DNA from: an uncultured Sulfurospirillum sp.
Lineage (GTDB): Bacteria; Campylobacterota; Campylobacteria; Campylobacterales; QNZT01
DNA length: 64,000 bases
Assembly (NCBI GenBank): GCA_964573205.1
Contig: CAZNIT010000041.1
Location: 422-64,421 of the forward strand
Direction of reading: 5' to 3'
Part shown: positions 40,029 to 48,990 of the stretch, piece after piece
How the letters are laid out: every line of letters begins with the position of its first letter
Position numbering within the stretch: the first letter of the stretch is position 1
Position numbers and translations under genes: made by a program
The notes under the pieces: generated by a model
Told to the model about the DNA's origin: nothing
Databases searched by the model: none
The model's input: only the letters and a program-made list of their open reading frames with translations

Positions 40029-41630
40029 ATGAAACACCCGTACACCCTCATTTACCCAACTGTTTTGGCACTCTTTTTAGCATCTTGCTCAACCTCCGGC
40101 ACTACCGTAAACGATTCAAACACCAGCACAGAAAACGAAGCTTTGAAATTCACATCTTTAAACAAAAAGAGTGTTCAAGAGAACACAAAAGATGTTTTGA
40201 CAATTTCCACTTCAAAAACACAAGATATCAACCTTACAATTACGGGCGAGGAAGATAAAGACGAGTTTATTATAGACTCTCTAAACAAGGTATTGTCCTT
40301 TAAGAGTTCTCCTGATTTCGAGAACCCGACGGACTACGATAAAAATAACGAATATCTAGTAGAAATAACCGCTACGGATGCCGAAGGAAATTCGATATCA
40401 CAGAAAATTACGGTTTTAGTTACAAACGACGAAAGTGACGACGGGCCGAAATTTACTTCGGATGCGAACATATCTGTCGCCGAAAATAGACAATTAGATT
40501 TTAAAGTCTCTGCCGAAGGCGCCATAAAATATGAGATAGGCGGTGAAGATAAGATGAGATTTGATCTAAATCAAAGCGACGGGAAACTGCGGTTTTTGAA
40601 TTTTCTGCCCGATTATGAAAATAGTTCCGATAAAGATCATGATAACGATTACTCCATCCAAATTATCGCAACCGACGATCAAAACTACAGCAATACTCAA
40701 AATATGATCATAAAAATAAAGAACGACCCCTCCGACGACGATACCGATGAAGGGAGAATAAAAATCTTTAAAACCGGTGATGACGACGGCATAGTGAAAG
40801 GTGAAAATTTCGGAGACGATAGAAATTTCGAACTAAATATCGTAAACTCGGATCGTCTTATAACGATCTCAAAAAGAGTATGGCAGGATGCACCTGAAAA
40901 TAAAAACGCCGACTATACATTCGAAGAAGCCCAAAACTACTGTGAAAATCTTGAATACGGAGGAATAGACGACTGGAGAGTTCCTAACAGACATGAAATG
41001 TATGAAATCGTCAATTACGGCTATACCAACTCCGCAAAACCTACTATAGACGATATATTTGAAAACGCTATAAAAGCAAACTATTGGACTTCTCAAAATG
41101 TCATTGACTACGGAGGCAATATACTTACGAACGAAGCGTTCGTCGTTTATTTCGTTGACGGAGCCTCATATGCGCTTAAACGAGATCAAAAATTCGCCGT
41201 ACGATGCGTTAGCGGTCCGCAATTGACATTTAACGACACGATCACAAGAGACGACGACGATACATACAAAGATCCCAAAACAGGTCTGCAGTGGACATCT
41301 CCAAAAGAGCATCAAAGCCTTTTCGAGGCTAAAAAAAGATGCGAGGAGTTGCGCTTTTTGGGATTTGACGACTGGAGAATGCCCAATATCAATGAACTAC
41401 ATACGATCATGCCCACATACGGAGAAAATTTTTTACTGGACGAGACAAACAGCGGTCCGTTTTGGGCGACGACCAAATTAGACGGTACGAAGGGAAGATA
41501 TATCGAAAACTATTGGAACTATATCGAGTGGGATTTGACGACAGGAAGAGATGTATTGAATGACGAAAGTGAAAAAATCGATGTCGCGAATACTTCCGGT
41601 TCGGTATGTGTAAGAGGAGGACATTTCTAA
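40029..41630 (+). CDS. lipoprotein with two cadherin-like repeats and two DUF1566 (Lcl C-terminal, C-type-lectin-like) domains
   Basis: 533 aa. Lipobox LFLASC. Cadherin-like segments (F.ID...L.F...PD[FY]ENP.D...N.Y...I.A.D, ending in D-rich DDGP/SDDD). Two DUF1566-type motifs, DDWRVPNRHEMYEI and DDWRMPNINELHTI. Confidence 0.7.
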   Translation: MKHPYTLIYPTVLALFLASCSTSGTTVNDSNTSTENEALKFTSLNKKSVQENTKDVLTISTSKTQDINLTITGEEDKDEFIIDSLNKVLSFKSSPDFENPTDYDKNNEYLVEITATDAEGNSISQKITVLVTNDESDDGPKFTSDANISVAENRQLDFKVSAEGAIKYEIGGEDKMRFDLNQSDGKLRFLNFLPDYENSSDKDHDNDYSIQIIATDDQNYSNTQNMIIKIKNDPSDDDTDEGRIKIFKTGDDDGIVKGENFGDDRNFELNIVNSDRLITISKRVWQDAPENKNADYTFEEAQNYCENLEYGGIDDWRVPNRHEMYEIVNYGYTNSAKPTIDDIFENAIKANYWTSQNVIDYGGNILTNEAFVVYFVDGASYALKRDQKFAVRCVSGPQLTFNDTITRDDDDTYKDPKTGLQWTSPKEHQSLFEAKKRCEELRFLGFDDWRMPNINELHTIMPTYGENFLLDETNSGPFWATTKLDGTKGRYIENYWNYIEWDLTTGRDVLNDESEKIDVANTSGSVCVRGGHF

Positions 41631-43219
41631 TGATAAAAAAAATATATACATTAACTATTATGGCCGCTCTCATAGCGGGATGCGGAGGCGGTCAAAATAA
41701 CGGCGACGAAAACTCCGTGCGATTTTCATTCGACTCTTTTGAAACTTCCAAAACCGTTATGGAAAATAGTTCCGTAGATATTCTACTAATAAAGACGAAT
41801 GAAGAAAATATATCCTACTTCATAAGCGGCGGAGAGGATAAAGATATATTTAATATCGATAAAACCGCCGGTATGTTATCTTTTAAAACTCCGGTCGATT
41901 ATGAAAATCCCAAAGATAAAAACGCCGACAATATATACAAAGTGACCGTCGGCGCAAAAAACGATAAAAACGAAACTTTAACCAAAGAGATATCGGTTAC
42001 CGTCGTAAACGATCCGACAGACGACGGTCCGGTTTTTAAATCGCCAAGCGCTATCACTCTTGAAGAGAACAAAAAATTGGATTTCTCTATCGTCGTTGAG
42101 GATAACAACTCGGCAGGCTTCATATATATTATCAGTGCCGGCGAAGATCTGAAAAAATTCACGCTGAACAACTCGACCGGTAAATTATCGTTCAACTCTT
42201 TCATACCCGACTTCGACAATCCTTCCGATTTTGACAAAGATAACAGTTATAAAATCGTCGTTAAAGCTATAAACGATAAAAATATCTCAAACGAACAAAA
42301 TATCTCCATCAACATAACGGACGATCCGGATGACTTAATCCCATCAAGAACGGTATTCAAAACCGGACAAGACGACGGTCCCGTAAAAGGATTGCCCTTT
42401 GGCGAGGATAGAGATTTCATAGTACATGACGAGATAGATACGCAAAGAGCCGTTTCGCTCGGAGACAGAATGTGGGAAGATAGTGAACATGTAACAAATA
42501 CCAAACTTGATTTCGATAGTGCGAACGACTATTGCGATACGCTCGATTATGCCGGATATGACGACTGGAGAGCTCCTAATCGTCATGAATTGGCCGAAAT
42601 CATAAACTACGGCAAAAAAAATGTACTTATAGATGACATTTTCAATTATAAAAACGGTGGAAACTTCTGGACATCGCAACCTCGTCTTTCAAGTACCGGC
42701 GACAATTCGAAAGCTTGGAGCATATCGTTTAGCGACGGTGAAGCTTACGACGAACCTAAAGGAAGTGATTTTTATATCAGATGCGTTCGAGGAAAAGAGA
42801 TAAAAGATCATCACGACTTCAGCGTCGAAGGCGACATCGTCATAGATAACAAAACCGGCTTAATGTGGCAAAACGCCCGCTTTAGCGCAAAAAGAACTTG
42901 GCAAGAAGCGATAGACTACTGCAAAAAACTTGAATTTGAAGGATACGACGACTGGCGTCTGCCGAATGTCAACGAACTTCGTACAATCATGCCAAAAGAC
43001 GGCGATGAAATACTTTTTGAAGATCTCTCACCCATAGACATGGATAGCGGTCACTCCTGGTCGTCAACCGATTACGACGAAACTCATGCCAGATACAATC
43101 TAAACTTCTGGGATGCGGAATCCGACAGAGACTCTCTTATCATGATGTATGAAGAGTGGACAAAAGATCAAAACAACGACATGATGTTAAACCGTTGCAT
43201 CAGAGGAGGACATTTATAA
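41630..43219 (+). CDS. paralogous lipoprotein with two cadherin-like repeats and two DUF1566 domains
   Basis: ORF 41606..43219 trimmed to the ATG at 41630, which forms a TAATG overlap with the upstream stop. Lipobox LIAGC. Same architecture as its neighbour (DDWRAPNRHELAEI, TGLMWQ...DDWRLPNVNELRTI). Confidence 0.7.
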   Translation: MIKKIYTLTIMAALIAGCGGGQNNGDENSVRFSFDSFETSKTVMENSSVDILLIKTNEENISYFISGGEDKDIFNIDKTAGMLSFKTPVDYENPKDKNADNIYKVTVGAKNDKNETLTKEISVTVVNDPTDDGPVFKSPSAITLEENKKLDFSIVVEDNNSAGFIYIISAGEDLKKFTLNNSTGKLSFNSFIPDFDNPSDFDKDNSYKIVVKAINDKNISNEQNISINITDDPDDLIPSRTVFKTGQDDGPVKGLPFGEDRDFIVHDEIDTQRAVSLGDRMWEDSEHVTNTKLDFDSANDYCDTLDYAGYDDWRAPNRHELAEIINYGKKNVLIDDIFNYKNGGNFWTSQPRLSSTGDNSKAWSISFSDGEAYDEPKGSDFYIRCVRGKEIKDHHDFSVEGDIVIDNKTGLMWQNARFSAKRTWQEAIDYCKKLEFEGYDDWRLPNVNELRTIMPKDGDEILFEDLSPIDMDSGHSWSSTDYDETHARYNLNFWDAESDRDSLIMMYEEWTKDQNNDMMLNRCIRGGHL

Positions 43220-43316
43220 TCAAATTATTTCAATCATAAATCTCTTTTTAGTGAAACAATAGATAAAATGTTAAATATGACGATATTACTTGTCCAAAAA
43301 TTGATAAAGGAAAAAA

Positions 43317-44300
43317 ATGATTGAAGTCGTTCATAAAGATATAGAAAACTATACGGATACCCTTCATGTTATGGCACAGGAGGGTTCTCTCAAAGCCAGA
43401 AGTGACGATTACGGATGGTTCGTTTCCGAAAATTATATTCTGCCCTATTTTCTCGACAAAAGACTTATTTTCACGAGAATGATCTTTATGACGGGCTCTC
43501 TTCCCAGAAAAGCCGATCTAACTAAAGAAGATGAGAAAACCTTTTTAAACGAAATGATAGAGTATGTAAAAACAAACATGAAAAATGTTGACTTTATCGC
43601 AAAAGCACAGTCGGTTGCGGTTTTTCATGCCTGTCCCGACGGCGCGGAATGCGTACCGTGGGGAACTTATATTATAGATATAGACAAAAGCGAAGAGGAG
43701 ATACTCGCAAGTTTCGAAGCCAAAACCAGACAAGGAGTTCGAAAAGGGATCAAAAAGGGGGTTACGGTCGAGACCACCAATGATCTTGATTTGGTTTTTG
43801 AAGTGATCAAAGATACTTTTACAAGACAAAATAGTCCCTATATGGCTTCGTACGACTATTTTAAAAAACTTTACGACAATCTTAAAGACAATATCAAACT
43901 ATATATCGCCAAAGCCGACGATAAAGTTCAAGGTGTTTATATCATAGCTTTTGACAAAAAGAGTGCATACTCCTGGTATAGCGGAAGTGCTGCCAGAATG
44001 ATTAACGGTGCGAACAACCTATTGCACTATCAAATCATGGTCGATATGATGAAAATGGGAATCAAAGAGTTCAATCTCGTAGGCGCGAGGCTAAATGTAA
44101 AACCCGGTACGAAATACGAGGGAATCAATAAATTCAAACTGGGATTTAAACCTAAAATCGAGGAGGGTTACGCTTTTAGATATATTTTTCACCCTCTAAA
44201 ATTTAAACTGTATAATTTGACCGTTAAACTCTATTTTAAATTAAAAGGCATGAAATATGTCGATCCTATAGATCAAATACGAGATAATAAATACGATTGA
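43317..44300 (+). CDS. FemAB-like / GNAT-fold (Acetyltransf_6-type) transferase
   Basis: 327 aa. The pattern R.GVRKGIKKGVTVE...DLD.VFE...F.KLY...YIAKADDKVQG...YSGS...NLLHYQIM...G..EFNLVG...GINKFKLGF parallels FemX/FemAB family proteins. Confidence 0.6.
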   Translation: MIEVVHKDIENYTDTLHVMAQEGSLKARSDDYGWFVSENYILPYFLDKRLIFTRMIFMTGSLPRKADLTKEDEKTFLNEMIEYVKTNMKNVDFIAKAQSVAVFHACPDGAECVPWGTYIIDIDKSEEEILASFEAKTRQGVRKGIKKGVTVETTNDLDLVFEVIKDTFTRQNSPYMASYDYFKKLYDNLKDNIKLYIAKADDKVQGVYIIAFDKKSAYSWYSGSAARMINGANNLLHYQIMVDMMKMGIKEFNLVGARLNVKPGTKYEGINKFKLGFKPKIEEGYAFRYIFHPLKFKLYNLTVKLYFKLKGMKYVDPIDQIRDNKYD

Positions 44301-44302
44301 TC

Positions 44303-44335
44303 TTTAAACATATCCCGAAGCGGGATATGTTTAAA
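44303..44335 (+). terminator. strong stem-loop after the FemAB-like gene
   Basis: Perfect 15-bp stem (TTTAAACATATCCCG / CGGGATATGTTTAAA) with a 3-nt loop. Weak T tail. Confidence 0.6.
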
Positions 44336-44379
44336 TTCGTAACATACTAAAAAAAATATCTTCTTTTTTGAAATTATCC

Positions 44380-44408
44380 TTGACATTTTTTATTTATCTT
44401 TATATAAT
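44380..44408 (+). promoter_or_regulatory. consensus sigma-70 promoter for tRNA-Asn (TTGACA-N17-TATAAT)
   Basis: TTGACA at 44380-44385 and TATAAT at 44403-44408, with an exact 17-nt spacer. The tRNA 5' end is 22 nt downstream of the -10. Confidence 0.7.
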
Positions 44409-44429
44409 ATTATCTTTTAAGTTAATTAT

Positions 44430-44505
44430 TCCGGGTTAGCTCAGTTGGTAGAGCAGGTGGCTGTTAATCACTTGGTCGTTGGTTCGAGTCCTTCACCCGG
44501 AGCCA
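44430..44505 (+). tRNA. tRNA-Asn (anticodon GTT)
   Basis: 76 nt. Acceptor stem TCCGGGT/ACCCGGA, D-arm AGCTCAGTTGGTAGAGC, anticodon loop CTGTTAA, T-arm GGTTCGAGTCC, encoded CCA. Confidence 0.93.
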
Positions 44506-44716
44506 TTTTCTCATCATAAACTATCTCATTCTCAACACCGATGTATATTTGCCCATATTTCATATTTATATGATATAGCATTAAGTTATATTTATACTTT
44601 CGCTACTTTAATGTAAAAATTTCTGATAATATAATTTATTTTTATAAAATCATTGACTTTAAATATAATTTTTTGTAAACTACCGGCATATAATAATTAG
44701 AAAGGATGTATTAATC

Positions 44717-46048
44717 ATGTACCTTATAAATCTACAAAAGGTCTTTTTGAGCTTAATACCGGCAATTGTGCTCTCTTTGTTTTTGACCGGCTGTTTCGCA
44801 ACCAACGAACAACAAGTTGAAAAAGTCGTGAGCGAAAAAAAGAGCGCTCAAGCGAAAATCGAACAACCCCAAGAGCCTACTCCCCAGCCAAAGAGCGAGC
44901 CTCGAACCGCTCAAAACTCAGCAGAAACTCAAACCGGCGGTGAATTGGTGTTTGCTCCGAACCTAAAACAGGCAAAAGCGGTCGTTCATCCGCCATACGA
45001 AACAAAGGATTGTACACTTTGCCATAAAAACAAAAATCCAAAAGATGGTGACGATCTTGTGATGGATGTACCGGATCTTTGTTACCAATGCCATGATAAA
45101 AAGGTAAAAGAGGGTAAAAAGTTCATCCACGGTCCGGTTGCGGCCGGTGCTTGTACGATATGCCACAATCCTCATCAAACTCAAAATTCGGCTTTGTTGA
45201 AATTCTCGAATATAAACGAGTTGTGCACCTCTTGCCACACCGCAAAAGCCGATCTTTTAAAATCGACACAAAATGTTCACCCGCCGGTGAAAGACTCTTG
45301 CGTAAATTGTCATGATCCTCATACCGAAGATTACAAATTCCAGTTAAGAGGCGACGGCAAAAAAGATCTATGTATAATGTGTCATGTCGATAAACAGGAG
45401 TGGATCACAAGCGTTAAAAATAAGCACGGCGCTATGAATATAGAGCAAGGGTGTCAAAACTGCCACGATCCTCACGGTACGGGACAACCCAAAATGTTAA
45501 AAGCGGATACCGTAAAAGATATGTGTCTTAAATGTCACTCAAAAACTCAGATAAGAGATGAAGATGGAGCCAAGCTTATAAATATGGGTAAACATTTAAA
45601 AGAGAACCCGGACTGGCATGGACCGATCCAGTGGGGTGACTGTGCGATGTGTCATAACCCTCACGGTTCGGAAAATCTAAGAATGTTGAAAAAACCGTTC
45701 CCAAGTACATTCTACAGTGAATTTGATGAGCATAACTATATCTGTTTTGAGTGTCATGATGCAGGAAAGATCAAAAACGAATTTACGACTGATGATACGA
45801 ACTTTAGAAACGGAAACGCTAATATGCACTTCGTTCATGTCAACAAGAAAAAAGGCAGAACTTGTCGAGCTTGTCATGATTTTCACGGAACTAAAGATTA
45901 TCCGCATCATCTAAAGAAAAAAACCGAATTTGGGAAAATTAAATTCCCAATCAGATACATCGAAACACCGACCGGCGGTTCTTGTGCTCCGGCTTGTCAT
46001 GCCAGACGATATTATGACAGAGAAAAGCCTGTCAAAAATCTAAAGTAA
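44717..46048 (+). CDS. dodecahaem c-type cytochrome lipoprotein (11 CxxCH + 1 CxxxCH)
   Basis: 443 aa. Lipobox LFLTGC and a Pro/Gln-rich linker. Haem motifs CTLCH, CYQCH, CTICH, CTSCH, CVNCH, CIMCH, CQNCH, CLKCH, CAMCH, CFECH, CRACH and CAPACH. Four of them are CxxCH[ND]PH (paired-CXXCH type). Confidence 0.85.
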   Translation: MYLINLQKVFLSLIPAIVLSLFLTGCFATNEQQVEKVVSEKKSAQAKIEQPQEPTPQPKSEPRTAQNSAETQTGGELVFAPNLKQAKAVVHPPYETKDCTLCHKNKNPKDGDDLVMDVPDLCYQCHDKKVKEGKKFIHGPVAAGACTICHNPHQTQNSALLKFSNINELCTSCHTAKADLLKSTQNVHPPVKDSCVNCHDPHTEDYKFQLRGDGKKDLCIMCHVDKQEWITSVKNKHGAMNIEQGCQNCHDPHGTGQPKMLKADTVKDMCLKCHSKTQIRDEDGAKLINMGKHLKENPDWHGPIQWGDCAMCHNPHGSENLRMLKKPFPSTFYSEFDEHNYICFECHDAGKIKNEFTTDDTNFRNGNANMHFVHVNKKKGRTCRACHDFHGTKDYPHHLKKKTEFGKIKFPIRYIETPTGGSCAPACHARRYYDREKPVKNLK

Positions 46049-46062
46049 TGAAGGTTAGATAG

Positions 46063-47133
46063 ATGAGTAAAAGTATATTTTTCGGATATATTTTACTCTT
46101 TGCGGCATTTGCATCTTTTGCAAATGCCAAAGATAAATCTTTTGAAATTATAAAACCTTTAAATAAAAGTATTTACGATGAGGATTATGCATCGATCGTC
46201 ATAAAAAGAGTGGACAAATCTCTTAAAAAAATTACGGTTCTTGAAAACGAAGATATTATTGCGGAGTTTGCAACGGATAAAAAGAGAGATATCTACTGTA
46301 AAACCATTCGACTCAAACTTGGAAAAAACCGGATCAATTTAGTCGGATATACCGAAAAAGGAAACTTGACAAATAAAGAGATAGATATTTTTTACAGATC
46401 AGAAATTCACAAAGGTGTAGATGAAGCGCCCGATGAATACAGCAGAAACTTTTTTCATACAAATAAAAATGAAAAATTTTGTAAATCTTGTCACAATATG
46501 GAAAAAGATAGAGCAACAAAACTAAAAAAGCATATCTCCTCCTCCGAAATCAACGCAAAAGAGTTCGATGTCATTGAAAACCCTGAAGATTCAAACTGCT
46601 ATACTTGTCATAAAGTGATCACATTTAGAAAAAACGGTCACGCACCGGCAGTTAATTTTTTATGTACGGCATGCCATACGGGTAAAAGTGGTGAATTTAA
46701 TATAGAAGATGAAGGCAAATCAAAATATTTAATGCCCGATCCCATCATGAATAGATGTTTTAAATGTCACGAGGGCGTTAAAGAGAAGTGGTTTTCAAAT
46801 ACATCCGAACACGGTCCTCTTAGATCGGGAAGGTGTAACAAATGTCACAATCCTCACTCGTCGGATTTTGAATTTCACTTAAGAAAGCCCATATGGGAAC
46901 TATGCACAACGTGTCATGCGGAAAAAGCCAACGGTAAGCATGTTATAGGTAGCTTTGTTTTCAATAGAAACAGCGGTGGTCATCCAACGCGAGGAAGACC
47001 CGATCCTTCTCGTCCGGGTCGTGATCTTGTATGTTCAAGCTGTCACAATCCACACGGCTCAAACGGTATATTTTTACTGAGGACTAAAGGTAAAACAGCC
47101 TATAGTGTTTGTCAAAGATGTCATAAAAAATAG
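46063..47133 (+). CDS. octahaem c-type cytochrome with haem-free N-terminal domain
   Basis: 356 aa. Signal peptide and a roughly 100-aa beta-rich N-domain. Haem motifs CKSCH, CYTCH, CTACH, CFKCH, CNKCH, CTTCH, CSSCH and CQRCH. Confidence 0.85.
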   Translation: MSKSIFFGYILLFAAFASFANAKDKSFEIIKPLNKSIYDEDYASIVIKRVDKSLKKITVLENEDIIAEFATDKKRDIYCKTIRLKLGKNRINLVGYTEKGNLTNKEIDIFYRSEIHKGVDEAPDEYSRNFFHTNKNEKFCKSCHNMEKDRATKLKKHISSSEINAKEFDVIENPEDSNCYTCHKVITFRKNGHAPAVNFLCTACHTGKSGEFNIEDEGKSKYLMPDPIMNRCFKCHEGVKEKWFSNTSEHGPLRSGRCNKCHNPHSSDFEFHLRKPIWELCTTCHAEKANGKHVIGSFVFNRNSGGHPTRGRPDPSRPGRDLVCSSCHNPHGSNGIFLLRTKGKTAYSVCQRCHKK

Positions 47134-47143
47134 GAACTCAAAG

Positions 47144-48004
47144 ATGGATATAGATGTTATAAATTTGATCAAAAACAACCTTGACATAAAAGTCACATTT
47201 TTACTGACGGTCGCTATGACCATGCTAACACCCGTACAGGTACAATCGGTCACATTCGAAGAACTAAAAGCCAGAGCGCAAGCCGCCGCGAAAAGAAGAA
47301 GCACTTCTCAAATTCAGGCAAAGATGAAAGAGCGTCTCAAACACTCCAAAACCTATCGCGCTCCTTCAAATATGGGCTCTGGAATGAAAACAAAAGCCTA
47401 TACTATTGCCTTAATGAAAGCTGAGAGCGGAGATCCGAATGCGCAGTTTGCACTGGCGGGAATGTATTATCAGGGTATTATGATAAAAAGAAATTACAAA
47501 AAAGCCATCGAATGGTATGAAAAAGCGGCTAAACAAGGACATACTAAAGCACAATTTAACCTAGCTTATATGTATTTTGACGGCAGAGGTACACAAAAAG
47601 ATCACGATAAAGCGTTAAAATGGTTTCTTGAAGCCGGAGAACATAAAGACGGAAAAGCGGAATTATATTTAGGAATAATATATGAAGAGAGAAAAGATCA
47701 CAAGCAAGCGTTTCACTGGTACAAAGAAGCCGCAAAAGAGGGTTATCCAAAAGCTCAATACAAGCTAGCACATATGTACAGACAAGGCAAAGGATGCAAC
47801 AAGGATATGAAGAAGTATATCTACTATCTAAAAAAAGCCGCGGCTCAAAGTGAAGCTCATGCACAATATGATCTTGGTATCGCATATCTAAACGGTGAAG
47901 GTGTTGAAAAGGATAAAGACGACGCCTATCAATGGTTACAAAAAGCATACCTCAACGGTGAGCCGAAAGCGAAAGAGATTTTAAGAAAACTAAAAAAAAG
48001 ATAA
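47144..48004 (+). CDS. exported Sel1-like repeat (SLR) protein
   Basis: ORF 47105..48004 trimmed to the Met at 47144 (AGGA RBS, first Met after the upstream stop). N-terminal hydrophobic segment. About five SLR units (A.[FY].L[AG].MY..G.G...[DN]..KA..W[YF].KAA..G...A). Confidence 0.8.
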   Translation: MDIDVINLIKNNLDIKVTFLLTVAMTMLTPVQVQSVTFEELKARAQAAAKRRSTSQIQAKMKERLKHSKTYRAPSNMGSGMKTKAYTIALMKAESGDPNAQFALAGMYYQGIMIKRNYKKAIEWYEKAAKQGHTKAQFNLAYMYFDGRGTQKDHDKALKWFLEAGEHKDGKAELYLGIIYEERKDHKQAFHWYKEAAKEGYPKAQYKLAHMYRQGKGCNKDMKKYIYYLKKAAAQSEAHAQYDLGIAYLNGEGVEKDKDDAYQWLQKAYLNGEPKAKEILRKLKKR

Positions 48005-48038
48005 AAAAACCTAATTCATATAGGTACAAAGGATATAT

Positions 48039-48848
48039 ATGAAAAGAAATTATTTAACAATATTTATTTTTGCGGCATTGTTAAGCAATTATACGGCCGC
48101 AAATGATTTCGACAAAATGAAAACAAAAGCAAAACTGGTGGCGGAAGAAGAGAAAAAAATTACAAATCGTGTCGATTTTATGAAGCACAAAGCTTTTCAA
48201 GAAGCGAAAAAAAGAGCTTTAAAAGGCGATATAAACTCTCAATACGCCCTAGGCGGAATGTACTATCTTGGAACCGTGACGGATCAGGATTATAAAAAAG
48301 CACTAAAATGGTTTGAAAAAGCGGCGAACAAAGGTCACATAAAAGCGGAGTATGAACTTGGATATATGTATTTTGAAGGAAGAGGAGTACAAAGAGATTT
48401 TAAAAAAGCGTTAAGCTGGTTTAAAAAAGCCGCTGACAAGGGTGATTCGAAAGCTCAGCTTCATCTTGCGCAAATGTATTTCGAAGGGCTTGGAGTAAAA
48501 AGAGACTATGCAAAAGCTTACTATTGGTACCAGGTAACGGCTGACATGGAGTATCCGGATGCCCAATACAAACTAGGTAAAATGTTTTATGACGGACTGG
48601 GTGTCGAAAAAAATCATGAACAAGCGGCTTACTGGTTCTCAAAAGCCGCCGAACAAAGTTTTGCGGACGCGCAGTTCAAGCTGGCTATGATGTATATAAA
48701 CGGTGACGGAGTCAAAAAGGATATGATAAAAGCTAAAGAGCTTCTAGGTCTGGCATATCTAAACGGCAACTTGAGGGCAAAAGATGAACTCATAGCTCAT
48801 GCTTGGAAAGTTCCCGAACCGATCGGAGCTATCTATCTGGACGAATAA
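48039..48848 (+). CDS. exported Sel1-like repeat (SLR) protein, paralogue
   Basis: 269 aa. Signal peptide. About five SLR units, closely resembling the preceding gene. Confidence 0.82.
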   Translation: MKRNYLTIFIFAALLSNYTAANDFDKMKTKAKLVAEEEKKITNRVDFMKHKAFQEAKKRALKGDINSQYALGGMYYLGTVTDQDYKKALKWFEKAANKGHIKAEYELGYMYFEGRGVQRDFKKALSWFKKAADKGDSKAQLHLAQMYFEGLGVKRDYAKAYYWYQVTADMEYPDAQYKLGKMFYDGLGVEKNHEQAAYWFSKAAEQSFADAQFKLAMMYINGDGVKKDMIKAKELLGLAYLNGNLRAKDELIAHAWKVPEPIGAIYLDE

Positions 48849-48854
48849 CGATCT

Positions 48855-48886
48855 CCTTCGCTTATATAGCGAAGGGTAAATTTTTT
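48855..48886 (+). terminator. rho-independent terminator closing the cytochrome/Sel1 operon
   Basis: 8-bp stem CCTTCGCT/AGCGAAGG with a 5-nt loop. A T6 run follows 5 nt downstream. Confidence 0.7.
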
Positions 48887-48990
48887 ATAAAATATACTCA
48901 ATAAAATCCCCCTTTTTTATCGCTTTAATCCTTCAGAAATAGAACTTTTTGACGATTTACCCCTATATAGCACTATATATAGGAGAAGAT

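Noticed and set aside
40029-43219. Diversity-generating retroelement targeting the DUF1566 (C-type-lectin-like) domains
   Set aside because: DGR targets often use C-type-lectin folds. However, the window contains no reverse transcriptase, Avd-like gene or template repeat, and the two paralogues differ throughout rather than in one adenine-specific variable patch.
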